From Bugula neritina (taxonomy: Eukaryota; Animalia; Bryozoa), in contig OZ037767.1 of NCBI GenBank assembly GCA_964035545.1, positions 2,491,680 to 2,555,679 on the forward strand: a DNA stretch of 64,000 nucleotides, in the 5' to 3' direction. The position numbers were made by a program, and so were the translations under genes. The notes beneath the pieces were generated by a model that saw only the letters and a list, made by a program, of their open reading frames with translations, did not search any database and had not been told where the DNA came from. Shown here piece after piece: positions 1-13,300 of this stretch (within the stretch, counting starts at the first letter, position 1; the number at the start of each line of letters is the position of its first letter).

Positions 1-301
1 GCAGAAAACAGTGCAGCAGAGTATATATAAATTTCTCTGCAAGTCATTGTGACAATAAACATGGCTCTATTGAAACTAAAACAACTTTTTTAAACCAATT
101 AAATGTTACATGTTGCCATTTTGAGAGTACAAAATTGCTATACAAAATTTATATTACCAATATGAGTTACTATATTCACCAGTGAGAAATTATTACTGCA
201 TGAAACATAAACAAGAGACATAATAGATGAATAATCCAGTAACAGTTTTACGCAATTCCCGATTAGTGAAAGTGAAAGGTGGGTGTAGCCTAAGGACCTA
301 C

Positions 302-503
302 TCGACTTCTCTCTGGGTACGAAGAGGTTGTAGAGGTGTGACAGCATCTTAGTAGAGAAGGTGATTGGGGCCTCAACTACAGGTTTAGGAACGCACATTT
401 TCTTCCTGATGAGGCAACCCGACATCCACTCACAGTATATGTTGACACACTCCTTCAGGATGTCGTGCTCTGTGAATGGCAGTGTCAGTCCCTGACAAAT
501 CAC
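302..503 (-). CDS. RALGAPB: RALGAPB second coding exon; gene continues off the left edge of the window
   Basis: Acceptor ttgcag|GTG. VICQGLTLPF...KECVNIYCEW...VPKPVVEAP...LSHLYNLFVPR matches RALGAPB (VICYGLTLP...CVDVYTDW...LQNLFVPR). Donor A|gtaggt near 301. Confidence 0.9.
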
Positions 504-999
504 CTGCAACACATGTCAGTCAGCGCTTTGCTAAAGTAGATGAGAGACAGCATTGACCTCTATTTTACTGCAATAAAATCTTACACTGACACATGGACCT
601 CTCCTGTTAGAGCTCTCTAGACATCAAGGAATTGATTAGACAGAATTTTTCTAAGCTGTAGTGCATTTTTAAAAAAATTTTAACTTGGAATTTCTCCTAT
701 TATATAACATTAAATAGATATTAAAACCCCATCTTTTACAAATCTATAGAATCTAATCATGAGATTCTCTTAGTAAAGTCATCCAGCAATTGGTGAGCAT
801 CAGCTGCAATACTAAACAACAGCAAGAGTGGTTTTTAGATTTAGAGATCTCAAATTAACTTGCAATGCCAAACTTCAAAACTGATACAATCAAACTCAAA
901 AGGAAATTTTTGAAACCAAATTAAAAAATACCTTCACAATATTTTGTAAACATAGCCTTATTTCTCATAGATGGAAAGCGGGGAGTGAGATGTACCCAC

Positions 1000-1200
1000 C
1001 TCCATCGTCCAGTTGACCTCATCTATGGAATACAGTTTACTCGGCTGATCTACAGTGTTTATGCTGAGACCTTGTGATATGTTCTTCACAATAGGGATGA
1101 TGATTTCCTTGCTCACCGCTGCCGGGAACCTTTTCAGCACACTCGTGTGACTGCTGTCACTCTGAATAGCTGTCTGCAGGGATACCCACTCCGAGTACAT
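1000..1200 (-). CDS. RALGAPB: Ral GTPase-activating protein subunit beta, first coding exon
   Basis: MYSEWVSLQTAIQSDSSHTSVLKRFP...EVNWTME closely resembles the RALGAPB N-terminus as I recall it (MYSEWRSL...HTSVLHSYP...EVKWTME). The exon ends GAG|gtgggt at 1000/999, phase 0. Confidence 0.92.
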
Positions 1201-1211
1201 GCTGACATATG

Positions 1212-1570
1212 CTGTTTCCTAGCAACAGCAAGAACAAATGTCACACAGTGTCACTGTATCCTAGCAACAGCAAGAACACATGTCACACAGTGTCACTGTA
1301 TCCTAGCAACAGCAAGAACACATGTCACACAGTGTCACTGTTTCCTAGCAACAGCAAGAACAAATGTCACACAGTGTCACTGTATCCTAGCAACAGCAAG
1401 AACACATGTCACACAGTGTCACTGTATCCTAGCAACGATATTACATGTCACACAGTGTAACTATATCCTAGCAACAGCAAGATCACATGTCACACAGTGT
1501 CACTGTATCCTAGCAACGATATTACATGTCACACAGTGTCACTGTATCCTAGCAACGATATCACATGTCA
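1212..1570. repeat. Minisatellite, about 9 units of 42 or 39 bp, abutting the RALGAPB start exon
   Basis: Unit TCCTAGCAACAGCAAGAACACATGTCACACAGTGTCACTGTA, with CTAGCAAC recurring about every 42 or 39 bp. Confidence 0.97.
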
Positions 1571-1716
1571 TAAAACACTTAAAGTCTTAGAAATACGCAA
1601 AAAAATATCTTCCCAAAAAAGTAACAGGTGGTTCAAATTAAAATCATGTTCAATTTTGCTTTAAACCATGGGGATGAATACATCGGGACAACAAAAAGAT
1701 AGACAACCTGACTCAC

Positions 1717-1770
1717 CTTTTAGCGGGTGAAGTCCAAGGTCAAGGTTGAGAGTGGTAATATCAATCTTAT
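1717..1770 (-). other. Probable non-coding 5' exon of RALGAPB (upstream boundary approximate)
   Basis: Strong donor AAG|gtgagt at 1717/1716 on the minus strand, about 500 nt upstream of the start-codon exon. Confidence 0.45.
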
Positions 1771-4047
1771 ATATCAATTATAGCTACATTCAATAGATCT
1801 GCAATTACACAAAACTAGTTAACGAGAATAATACTAAAATTGCAACCTAACTTAATTCAAGATATGTGTACACAAAATTTATTATAAAATTAATTTATTT
1901 AGGCATTCAGCCCTCAAACAGTCTGTAGATGATAGCTAAGATAAATGTATATATTTGAATACCACATAAATGTAAAGTGTCAGAAATGTTTTAGATTGCA
2001 TCACAAACTGAAACCATAGCTTTTTATAATTTAAGACAGAGCAGTATTTCCAAGTTACGAAATAAAAAAAACAAGACAATATGGTTGTTGTGGTTGAATG
2101 CCAGGTGCGGTAGCTAGTAGATACTGAGAATGGGGAATTGAAGGTAGTACAACAAGGATTTAGAGTATTGGACACAGATTCAGGATATATACTATTGAGC
2201 TGTCAAATCCATGTTTTGATAATGTAATTGGCAATGATTAATTATAACAGGAGTCGCCTTAAACATTGCATATTCAAATTGTTGTATTTTAAAGAAAAAT
2301 TTGTGGGTTACAGTTGACAATTTAAAACTTATATTTATTCATTAATTATTGATTGAAGTGATTGATAGCAAACATAATAGCACTCCGCCCAGTGTTTCGA
2401 AATTATGGCACACTTTATTAAATCAAGGGTGGGTTTAAAACCACAAAAAATCACTAGATAAGATCTTATTATTGGCAAACAAAGTCAAATTAAATGGAAT
2501 TTAAAGCTACAGATTGGTTTACAAACATACTAGGTGTAACCTCATGCAATCTACAGTAAAAATATTATCATTAGCATTGGACTATCGGCTGATTTCAAAA
2601 ATGTTGGAGAAGCAACATTTGAAATGTTACGTTTCTTGAAGCTATTCCACACTATTATAATTGTGTGAAATAATTTTGGCAGGTCAAACTTTGTTCTTAA
2701 AACAGATCTAACCAAATAAAAGCGAAGTCTCTCTTGTTAGCTTAGAACGAGTCCAACTAGCTAACTAACTAACTTTGTATTTATTACACTCTAGAAATGC
2801 ATTAGCTTTAAAAAAAACTAAGAAATTTGAAAAAATAGGCGCTAGTAGAGTATCAGTTAACGCCTTTGATGTATTCATGCAAGACTTTGGGGCTTTTCTA
2901 AAATACGAAATTTATTTCTAGGATGCACATATAGATGCCAAGTGATTCCAGATAACTTCTAGTTTCATATGGAAAGCACTAGGTGGCATAACATCCTTAG
3001 AGTAAATGTCATAACATCTACCATTGGAGCATTTGGTTTACTTAAAAACTAATTTGTTTTTTTTTAACTTCCCGAAGAAAATTAATTTGATCAGTTAATT
3101 TCACGATTCAAGCCATTTTTAACAATGAATGTTTTAAAAATAAGTTGCTCAGTAAATACCTTTTTTTGAACCTGAGTTTAGAACTTAATTAAAACATCAA
3201 AATTCATTGTAAAAATAAATTAAAAAAGAAAAATAATAACAACAATAAATTTGACTCTATAAAGTAATGATAGCCAAAACCTTAACTGTGATTTGCTAAA
3301 ACAGGCACAGTGTTCGTGAGTCTTGCAGTAGCTAGAGTGAGCTCATGTTAATTATAAGATAAAAACAGACATGAACATCAATTATTTGACATAGCTTATT
3401 AGTAATTGAATTAACACAAATGTTTTATGACAAAAGCAAAACAGAAAAATCTACTGAAACAGCAAACAACTGTTTAGTGAATTCAGTAAATAACAATATA
3501 AATGCAAAAATTAAATTTATAAATACATATTTATATTTTCATTAGACTTTTGAAATTAAAACAGCACATTTTACAGTAATACTTGATAACTTAAAAGTTA
3601 TCATTGTCTTCAAGTAACTGACTAACTCTAACAGTAACTGTAACAATCATAATCCGTCCACGGCCAAGTGGTTACTAGTACTGGTACTAGTAGTAGTACT
3701 ATCACTATTACTAAGTGTATGTTAACAACTGCAAAAGTTGGAGCTATGCTTATAGTATTAGTGATAGCAACCGTAGTTCAAAGTATTACTGTTACTGTTA
3801 CTGTTAGTCATAAAAAATAATGGTAGTCAAACTCAATCACAACGCAAGTGTATCGTAGTGTGGTTGTGAATCATTCACTGAAAGTGTGTAATAGTATTAT
3901 CAATACTAGTACTAATAGAAAAAAAGTAATTACTACTAGTACTATTGATTAGCAATACTACTAGCCTTACATTTACTAAAGTTTAATCTGAGTAGTAATC
4001 ACATCAGGTTCTCATTCACTGATTCAGTCATTCTCAGTCTCACTCTG

Positions 4048-4073
4048 ATCATCATCATCATCATCATCATCAT
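4048..4073. repeat. (CAT)n microsatellite
   Basis: Read directly from the sequence. Confidence 0.9.
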
Positions 4074-4602
4074 GGCAACTAGCAGATAAAACTTCAACAC
4101 ATATACCGTATATGCCTTAAATATCAGTACCACCCATACTTATAATAATCATAATGTTCGGGATCTGAATAGAAATGCAAAAACATACAGTGAGACTCGC
4201 ACTGTTGTAAATCTAAATTGGTTCAGATACGGAAACGGGTAAACGTGTTTGTGAATGTAGTTGCTGAAATAGTAAATATCCTAAAACGATTTCCGTAAAA
4301 TTGTATTTACTTTCTCTCAGACTTGGTAATATAGCCGTAATTACTTCTGAAACAAATTTAAGATACGCAGCTGTCTTAAGATTACAAGGATGGAAAACTC
4401 CTGTGTATTTAAGGTATTTACTAGGTGTTGATGTAACAGTTCATATTTCCAATTATTATTCCTTCTAACTTTCAAGAATCTTATTAGTTGCTTCTTGGAC
4501 CAAAAATCGCCTTGTTATAATATAACATAGACATTATGAAAATAATATACAGAAAATTTTTTCATACATTGAAAATTATGTGGTATTGTTACAACAGAAT
4601 AT

Positions 4603-7600
4603 GTGACCAGTCGCGACAAAACCGGGGATGTGGCGGCGTTTATAAAGTGTAGTGAATGAAGGTTTAATTTGGAAATACTTAAATTTGAAATTAATTTCCA
4701 ATTTTTAGATTTTGAACTTTTCTAATACAAAAAAATCCAAGGATTTCAAAAATTATACTTTCGTAGGCATTTGATGACTCCTTCAGCTCTAAAATTGCAC
4801 TTAAAGTTGGTAACTAAGGCTTTCAATTTTTTAAATGATGAAAAAATTGCGAAGTTATCAATTAAAGAAAGAAGACAATTTTAGTCATTTTCATAGCGTG
4901 AGATCTTGCAAATTTTCTTTTTATCAAATAAATTTAGCTTACACCTCTTTCTTCGTATTGTCAGAAGCATCGTATTTAAGATCGAAGGCTAGTTTTAGTT
5001 TTTCATCGTGTTCCATCCAAAGTTAGCTTTTAAGTTACTGAGCTGTTTTGCCCTTTTGGTGATAAATGCTGAACTTAATCTTTATCTTTAGCGTTCAAGC
5101 TTGAAAATCACAACAATACAGGTAATTATACTCAAAACAATCATTTACGCTACTAACTTAGAATTGTTGCCAAGATTATTTGTAGTTATCAATTTATTAA
5201 TATTTATACCATCACTAGGAGTAGGAGTATGTCTTAGAGTTAGTCTATTCTATTCTATTTCTATACTAGTAACTATTTAAATGACTCTCACTATGACTCA
5301 CAGTTTGAGGTACGGTTACTCATAATGGTAATCATAATGAATATCATTCATGATTTACTGATACTGGTATTTGGTAGTAAAACCAAATGTAGCTCATTAA
5401 TATTAATAGTATAAGTAATTAATAATTATAAATTCACTATTTGAGTCTGACTCTGAGTTTCGCCTTTGCTCCTAAAACTTGATACTCATACTGATAGTGA
5501 TAGTATTATATTTATTGATTTATTCTATAGTTGATTTTTCAATTTACATCGGACTTGCTCTTAGTAACTTTTAGCCTTCGTCTTAGATTTTGTCAATACG
5601 GCTACTGATTACTATTACTATTAACATTAGGCATACTAGTCAAACTACCGGTTTCTTTTGTGATTTTTAAATTAGCTCAAAGTTTGATTTAAAATATAAT
5701 GATAAAATCTTTATCACATTATGCAGGCTTACAGTTACTGTCAAAACTCAATTGATAATTATATTTATATTGATAAAAGCATCACCTATAACCAAATTGA
5801 AATGATAAACGTGACTAAATGTAAATGAGTATAATGATGGAATATTAATGCGAGTTCATGATGATTCTATAGTTGACTGACTTAGTTTTTCAGTAAGTTA
5901 CTTTTAGTATTATTTAGTGAGTAGTAACACTAACTGAATGCATAAATAGTCTAAACTTTTTAATTTTATTATAAGATGAGCAAAAATTTATTCATAATTT
6001 AAAGTAATTTATTGAATTCAAATTGATTTTATAGTAAATGTCTTTAATAGATTCAGTTGCACTTAGCTAGCTTTTTTACTCAATTAAATGCCTGAGTGGT
6101 TAATAGTTATCTAAAGACATTGCTTCAAAATTGCCAATTGCAGATATGCTAGATATTCAAGTGTATAATGTGTAATTTTACTGATAATACTATGTTAATA
6201 TAGAATCATCCGATATTCTGTACATTTTAGAAAGTGGACTTGCGAGGGCATTAGAGTGAAGACTTATACCTACACAACTCTACTACCTATCAATCTAATA
6301 CTTCTAATGTAGACACACTGAATTTTGGCTTGCAAGGTTATGGCTTCTGCTTATTTCATTCATAAAAAGGTTTGCAGTCTTTTAATGATGTGCTTGAAAA
6401 TTATCAAGAATTTTTTTTATTTAAATTGTTCGGTTTAATTCAATAAATTTAAACGTTGATAAAATGCAGGATCACAATTAACTGCTGCCATAATAGTACC
6501 ACAAGAGTGTTTAGCCAACTAAATTTTTATAATATAACTGGGTATCATTTCTAATCAAGCTACGGTTTCCTTTTGTTATCTAAAAAAAGTCAACATTGTA
6601 CTTCCAGCTCTGGAATAGACAATAAGTGGGTAGATTGGCAGGATGGATGTCAAGTAGCAGCATCTATAATTGCTAGAAAATCAGCTGATGATAGTGATGA
6701 AGCTTTTGCCACATACATGATGTTATGTGTCCATACTCCGTAAACTCATATTATGAAGACCAAGGAAGTAGAAAGATGAAAAGTGCTTTTTTTGCAAAAA
6801 CCATAGAAGCGACCTTATTTTCTTTTCTTGATAAGAGTTAATTCAAGCATAATGGTTGTATCCAGGCTGGATTTTTTACTGCATTTAATTGATTTTTTAA
6901 AATAATGTATTTGATGTTTCAAATGTGAATATTAATGCCTAATAAAACTCAAAAGTTCTGTTAGCTGATTTTATGTTTATATTTTCAACATCTCAGCCAA
7001 ATCAATTGCTAAATTTAGTTGCCGTTAGAGATTATAAAGATATTTATGAATAAATCTCGCATGATCTCATAATAGTAAAATAATTTTCTCATAAGTGTTC
7101 TACTCATTAAGCAAAAATTATGAAACAGCACAGCTCAAGAGCTGCAGTTTGATATATTACACAATATATTAGAGGAAAGGGAGATATTCAATGTATAAGA
7201 GGAAGCAGCTGCCATTTTGTTTTATAAGACTTCCTGCTGACTTGGATGCCTAATTTAAATATCTCAACACACAAACTTGCTAAAACATTCTCTTCTTTGC
7301 TGGAATTGTTAAACCTTTCAACCATTGAACAAAGTAAAAAGCGAATTGACAAATAAATTAGACAAAAAGTTTGGCGGCCATATTTGACCTAATTTTATGT
7401 TGAGGCAGCATGAAATTTGGTTCAACAGAAAGCCCAAACTTTCACAATTATTTTGATACCAAATTTGTCACTATTCCTATTATACAAAGACCCGTTGCTA
7501 AGGCTTGTAAATTGTAAACAAACAATTCTCAACTTATTCTAGAGTTGCCAACTTTAAACGTGATTTTCTCGAAACAGTAAGTTAAAAATTCTAAAAACGT

Positions 7601-7754
7601 TAAAGTTTTTAAATGCTGATATCTCGAGTTCTATTTATGCTAGAGACTTCAAATAAAGTGCAAAATGTTCAGAAAAGTCTGCTCTATCACTTCATAATAA
7701 TAACTAAGTTTTCAACATTTTATATACATCCCTTGTTTTGTGGTGCCAGGTCAC
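4603..7754. mobile_element. Pair of diverged inverted transposon ends (GTGACC...GGTCAC), each flanked by ATAT; either one old element or two opposed fragments
   Basis: ATAT-GTGACCAGTCGCGACAAAACCGGGGATGT at 4599 versus the reverse complement of 7726-7758, ATAT-GTGACCTGGCACCACAAAACAAGGGATGT. A second inverted match links 4790-4815 with 7543-7568. Confidence 0.55.
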
Positions 7755-10107
7755 ATATGTTTTGGAAACACTATTAGTTCATAGCTATGGTATCACAAAT
7801 TGAAGATATTTTAACATATAGATATTTTGATAAAATTACATACAGCTTTTGGTTTTTTTTGCACTTTATAAAGCCTATTATTATAATTCATTAAGTTTTA
7901 TTGTATCGGCTGCTATAATCACAAAAATTCATTTTCCCACAATCAGGTTTGGTTGCATAAACATTCCAATTAGTCATTGCATGCAAATATTATAAGTCAT
8001 AAGTGAAATATTTTGTTAACAATCATATTATACTTATATGATCTATTATTATTTATATTTGCTGTATGTAAAGTTTTCATGCAATATACAACACCAAAAC
8101 TATAATATGTTCTCATACTGCATTCTTCATATGACAAATCAATTTTCATTGTATATATAATATAACTTTATATATAATATAATTTTTGGGTCAACAATTT
8201 GCTGCTTGCATTAGCGCTGAGACAAAAATATAATAGTTACTATAAGGTTAAGCAATAGCTAATATATAACTCATGTTTTAGTCATTTTCGCTTGCCTAAA
8301 GTGCAGAGCTAATTCTTACAGTCTATTATAGAACTTATGTTGAGGTATAGAACTGGTAAATGGAAAAGAAGAAGTTCTATAGATGAGGTAAATACCATGT
8401 TATAGCTGGCTGTTAGAACCAAGGCTACTAAAGACAAGTCAATGTGCGTAATCTACATGTGCCGCTATTTTGTTGTGAAATACAGACAATATGATAAAAA
8501 TATCATTTTAGGAGTTGTCAGTTTCCTGAATTATTCCAGCATTAAGGCTATCAAATGTCAAAAATAGTTGGCAAAAATGCCTTTCATTTTCTCTAAATAT
8601 TTTCTATATCAATTACTCATAAATATATGAATGATTGTCATGCTACCAGCCACATTGTGTTACTAAATCATTACTGTTTCAAATAATTTCATTAAAGTGC
8701 CATAAAATTTGCTTCTGATATTTTGTTTAATGTGACAGAAATTTACCAGGAATTTGGCTGGATCTATAAAAGTTGCAGATAAATGTTTGGTAACATCTAG
8801 CGCCAGGCATTCACTGATTTGTGGCTACAAGTTTGAAGCATGTAAACAACCGGACAGGATCTCAACAAATGATTTGTTATGTTGCTTTCTATAATTACAA
8901 GAATATGAATCCGCAAATTAATGAGACATGAGACACTGTGGTGATCTGAATAACATATTTTAATATAATATTACAACTTTAATGGTAATTACTTTGTTGA
9001 GCAACTTCTGGAGTGAGTGAGCTTGGTGCCTGCGAGGAATGCCAGGCCTACGCAATGTTATGATCCCTGGTAAATACACTACTATGGTATGCAAGCAAAA
9101 CAAACATGTGGTAATGAGAACTTCGAGTAAATCATTGTGGTAAATTGTGAAGCATGCTCGAGTTGTAGACTTGTTCTATAAGCAGCTGCGAGTTGGGGAG
9201 TCAGTGCAGTAGTTTGGGGTTCTTAAGTTTAAAGTTGGGGCCCCTCAATTTAAAACCCAAAAACTCAAACTTCTGTACTCCTTTACCCCCAACTCAAAGC
9301 TGTTTATAAAGAAACTCCAAATTGTGTGGTAATAGGTCAGAAAGCGTGGGCTCAGAAATTTCTCAGTCATTAATTGCCTCATCACACACTTGTGAACGTG
9401 AGAATAAACACAGTCTAACATTTTCTAGAAATCAAATATTTCAAACTGATAACAGCTGTGTCGGTCACCCTTTTATTCATATGCCACTGTAACATATCAA
9501 ATAATCGCACAGCCTATATCAATGAGATTATTAAAAGCAGTGAATTAAAAACAGTTATATTATAGTTATAGTTCAATCATCATGTTTAAATATTACTGTA
9601 TATTTTTATTGGAGTGAAAGGTGAGTGATTGTAATATTAGCCCAACTTACCAGGTTGACTTTAGCATGAGAAGTCTCTAGCTGTTAACATGTGCATTCAG
9701 TTCACATGGCTACCACAAACCTATACCTGTACCAAAAGCCATGATGGCATAACTCCAATCACAGCAGACCCACAATCCAAAGTGATGGATGATCATGTGA
9801 CCACAGCTTCTGGTTTTAACTTTAATGCCCTAAAAATAAAATAGCAGACGTGCTAAATAAAACCTACAGGGAGATAATAGCGAACACTGGGTCACACTTT
9901 GCAGGTAAATTAGCCAGCGCAGGTAAAAACTGTTGATATTCCTATGACTAGATTTATATTGCATGATTCAGTTAGAATGGATGGGGTGACTGGCATGAAT
10001 TTCAAATTCTGCAGTAACAGGAAGCTCATTGGTGTACTAGTATCAGACAAAGATCAAACATGCAGTTTTATTATGTCACAATTGTAGTGTCTGGTTTCAA
10101 GGATATA
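6608..10107 (+). pseudogene. Decayed multi-exon gene with W-x-x-W...C repeats, possibly VOMI/VMO-I beta-prism-like
   Basis: Higher-GC islands, mostly preceded by AG acceptors, at 6608, 8322, 8779, ~9001, 9701 and 9972. They translate to KWVDWQDGC...DDSDEA, TGKWKRR, KC...LICGYKFEAC, FWSE*AWC, DPQSKVMDDHVTTASGFNF/CPK and GWGDWHEF/KFCSNRKLIGV. In-frame stops and frameshifts are present. The family call is motif resemblance only. Confidence 0.35.
9174..9313. repeat. Imperfect ~140-bp palindrome centred on GGGGCCCC
   Basis: Left arm TTCTATAAGCAGCT-GCGAGTTGGGG...AGTTTGGGG...AAAGTTGGGG pairs with CCCCTCAATTTAAA...CTCAAACT...CCCCAACTCAAAGCTGTTTATAAAGAA. Confidence 0.7.
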
Positions 10108-10337
10108 TACTTGTGCTTTTAGATGACTTAAAAGTTAAATGCATATGTTTATAAATGCTTTCATATATTCTTGCTTCAATATCCGAAAACTTAGTGTAAT
10201 TACTCACTTCACTGAAGTGGAATTTCTACCAGATAAAAATATTAATAGTGGAATGCTTTCTATTTTTACTTCTTGTGATATCATTAATGAAGTATTTGCT
10301 AATTATCTTTTATATCCTTGAAACCAGACACTACAAT

Positions 10338-13300
10338 AGACCATGTAAGATTGGTACATTTAGTACCTTGAACCAATTCTAGATACTCACCACTATAACT
10401 TATATAAACTTCTGCAAGTTCAAATGCAAAATGCATACTTCTAGGAAATAGCTGTGCAACTTTTATTACATGCATTATTTTATTTCATATCTTAAATTTA
10501 TGAATCATGAGTTCATTTTTCAAAATGTTTAAATTAAGTGCTTAAAAAATGCATTTAAAGAATGTATTCCTGAAAAATTACCCTGGAGCAGTTTGACCAC
10601 AACCCCAGCTGTTTTGGCAAAACACATTTAATGACATTTTCATCGACATAGTGGTAAATGGGCTGGTTGTTTTTGGCAGATGAGTAGCACGCTGGCTGGC
10701 TGCAACTTTATACAATTCTGATTGGCTGGACTCTACATGACCAGCTAATGATTGTATCTGATTGGCCTAATAATTCATTTGCATTTGAAAATGTAGAGTT
10801 TTATATAAGTTATAGTGGTGATATTTTAGAGTTGGTACACACCCCTTTTTTGGTTGAGTTTTATAATCTGATCACACTGTAGTCATCTACAACACTTCAG
10901 TGTATGGGGAAATTATTAGTATTGCGAAATCTGTTTTGGTTTATAATTATTGCTATGCCAGTTTTCTAACTTAGTTTTTCATCAACTATATGCAGGCTGT
11001 TCTAACTTAGGTGATTTCATCAAAGGTAGACGTTACTTAGACCTTAGGGCTTAGAACATCAAATCAACCAGTGCTGTTACTTGGTTTTATTGCAAAGCAG
11101 TAGTGAGAGCATAGCACACTAGCACAGTCACCTAGCTGCAATGGCAGTGGCCACACTAAACTCACCAGTTTTATTAAAATATCTTATGTAAGGCACTTAA
11201 ATACACTAGCCTAGTCTGTTAGTATGTAGAGCAGTAACACAGTTACAGCAGTCACATCACCCCTCTCTATCTTGTCTACCAAGTACAGAGGTTGCAAAAA
11301 TGATAATCATTTCATGATTTAGTTTTAAATCAATGCATATTACTGAATACATTCTCATAGTCTGATTATTTTGCGCTTCAGTTTACTTTAATGTGATAAT
11401 TTAAAAAATTGCTTCACATGCATATTACAAATGCACGAACTTACGCTAACCATAAATTATTTACTTGTGTACTCACTACTGTTTTATTTTAAATTTATAT
11501 AGCAGTAGCTTTTTTAATCAATCACATATTAATCTGCAAGAGTTTAATTGCACAGATAATGTAGACATTTTGTATAAAAATTAGTATTAACATGTAATGC
11601 CTTGCATGTGGGTCTATATTGCCAGTTGGTATCATCACCTATAATACCATGTTGATAACCCTTTCTTGTATACGATTTACTTAGCGAAACAGCATGATTA
11701 TCTTACAAATGTAATGACATCAGCCGTGGGACAATATTATAGTCTAGAATCTAGACTCTAGATTTTTCTAACTGTGAAGTAATCAGCCTCAAACCATTGC
11801 TGGATGAAGTGCCCACACTTAGCTGTGAAGCTACTGCAATAACATCAACAATTTTACTAATGAGTTTTCAATACATGTTTTAGTCAGTTGGGTAAAATAC
11901 AAATGTTCTCTGGTATATGCTAGAATAAATGATGATTAAACATTGGATTTGATGAACATTTTTTCATGTTGTGTGATGCAACATGATAGTTACAGAGAAA
12001 ACGCTGATCCCACTAAAACTGTAATGAAGGCATTATATTTCAACACTGACTGCATACAACATTGTTACCAACAGAATATTATCCATATATGAGTGGTATA
12101 GCACATGCATATACAATAGCACACCAAAAAAAATATTATAAAGTGCTACACTTTATTGGTTACCAAGGGTGGCTGCAGAAAGCACAGCAGACTATTATAA
12201 TCTTTTCTAAAAGAGGTGCAAACAGTAAGCTTACACCTCCAGGACTATTTAGGATATCAAGTCCTTTATGGGTTGATTGCTCTTTTAACCTGGATTCTAA
12301 GAATAGCAATTAATTTAGTTTAGAGTTACTGCATTCTAGTCAGTTGAAAATGGCCTTTCTTTCCAGGTGGCATGGCCAGGAAATAAGTAAATACTGTAGG
12401 AGGATCGCCATGTAGTAGAAATAGGTGTGCTCCGGAAGCACTATAGTGAAGTTTTAATGGCTGGCATATGGTATTGGATACTAGCCCTCAAAATGTTTTT
12501 GTCATCTTCCTGCCTCAATAGTGGTTGATGATTATTTTGAGTGAGGAAAAACATGTATTGAAAACTCATTAGTATAGCTTCAGAGCTAGGTGCAGATATT
12601 TCTCGAACAATGACTTGAGACTGAGAAGCTCACGTTAAATATCACTTAAAAATGAAGCAAGCTGCTAACAAAATTACTTCATAGTTGAAAAAAAACGGGA
12701 CTATATTGTCCTATGGCTGATGGCATTGCATTTGTGGGATAAACATGCTGTTTCACTAAGGAAATCATGTACAAATTGGTGATGATACCAAGTAACAGTA
12801 TAGACTAGCATGCCAAGCACTACAGGTTAAAGCTCATTTTTATATATATCGTCTATGTTTTCTGTTGCTAAAAGCTGTGCATTTTAACTCCTGCAAATAA
12901 ATATGCAACCACGTCAAAAAAATTACTGTTGTAATTTTTTTAAGTAAAATAATGGTGGGCACATAAGCAACTATAATTTATGCTTAGCACATGCTTATAC
13001 ATGTGTTTGTCAGTGTGCTGTAAATATATGCTAGTGATGATAAATATGGTGCAGCACTGCCATTACAGTTCGCTGACTGTGCTATGCTATTGCTACTGTT
13101 TTGCAATAGTAACAACAGTGTTTGATTTGCTGCACCTAAACAGTGTCTACCTTCGATGAAATCACCTAAGTTATATAGCTGCCTATGGTTTATTACAAAC
13201 CAAGTCAGAAAACTGGCATAGCAATATAAGCCAAAACAGATTTCGCAATAGGCCTACTAATAATTTCCCCATACACTGAAGTGTTGTAGATGACTACAGT

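Noticed and set aside
1147-1590. 147-aa Cys/His-rich ORF (and the 83-aa ORF at 1209) resembling a metal-binding repeat protein
   Set aside because: It is the translation of a 42/39-bp minisatellite, antisense to RALGAPB, with no supporting gene structure.
9001-9040. In-frame TGA in WSE*AWC as possible selenocysteine or recoding
   Set aside because: The position corresponds to a Trp in the motif (TGG to TGA), neighbouring islands also have stops and frameshifts, and I saw no SECIS.
11990-12540. Palindrome spacer with YMDN on the minus strand (RT- or piggyBac-like motif) and ORF 12062..12313
   Set aside because: No further conserved motifs and stops in all frames, so a transposase or RT call cannot be supported.
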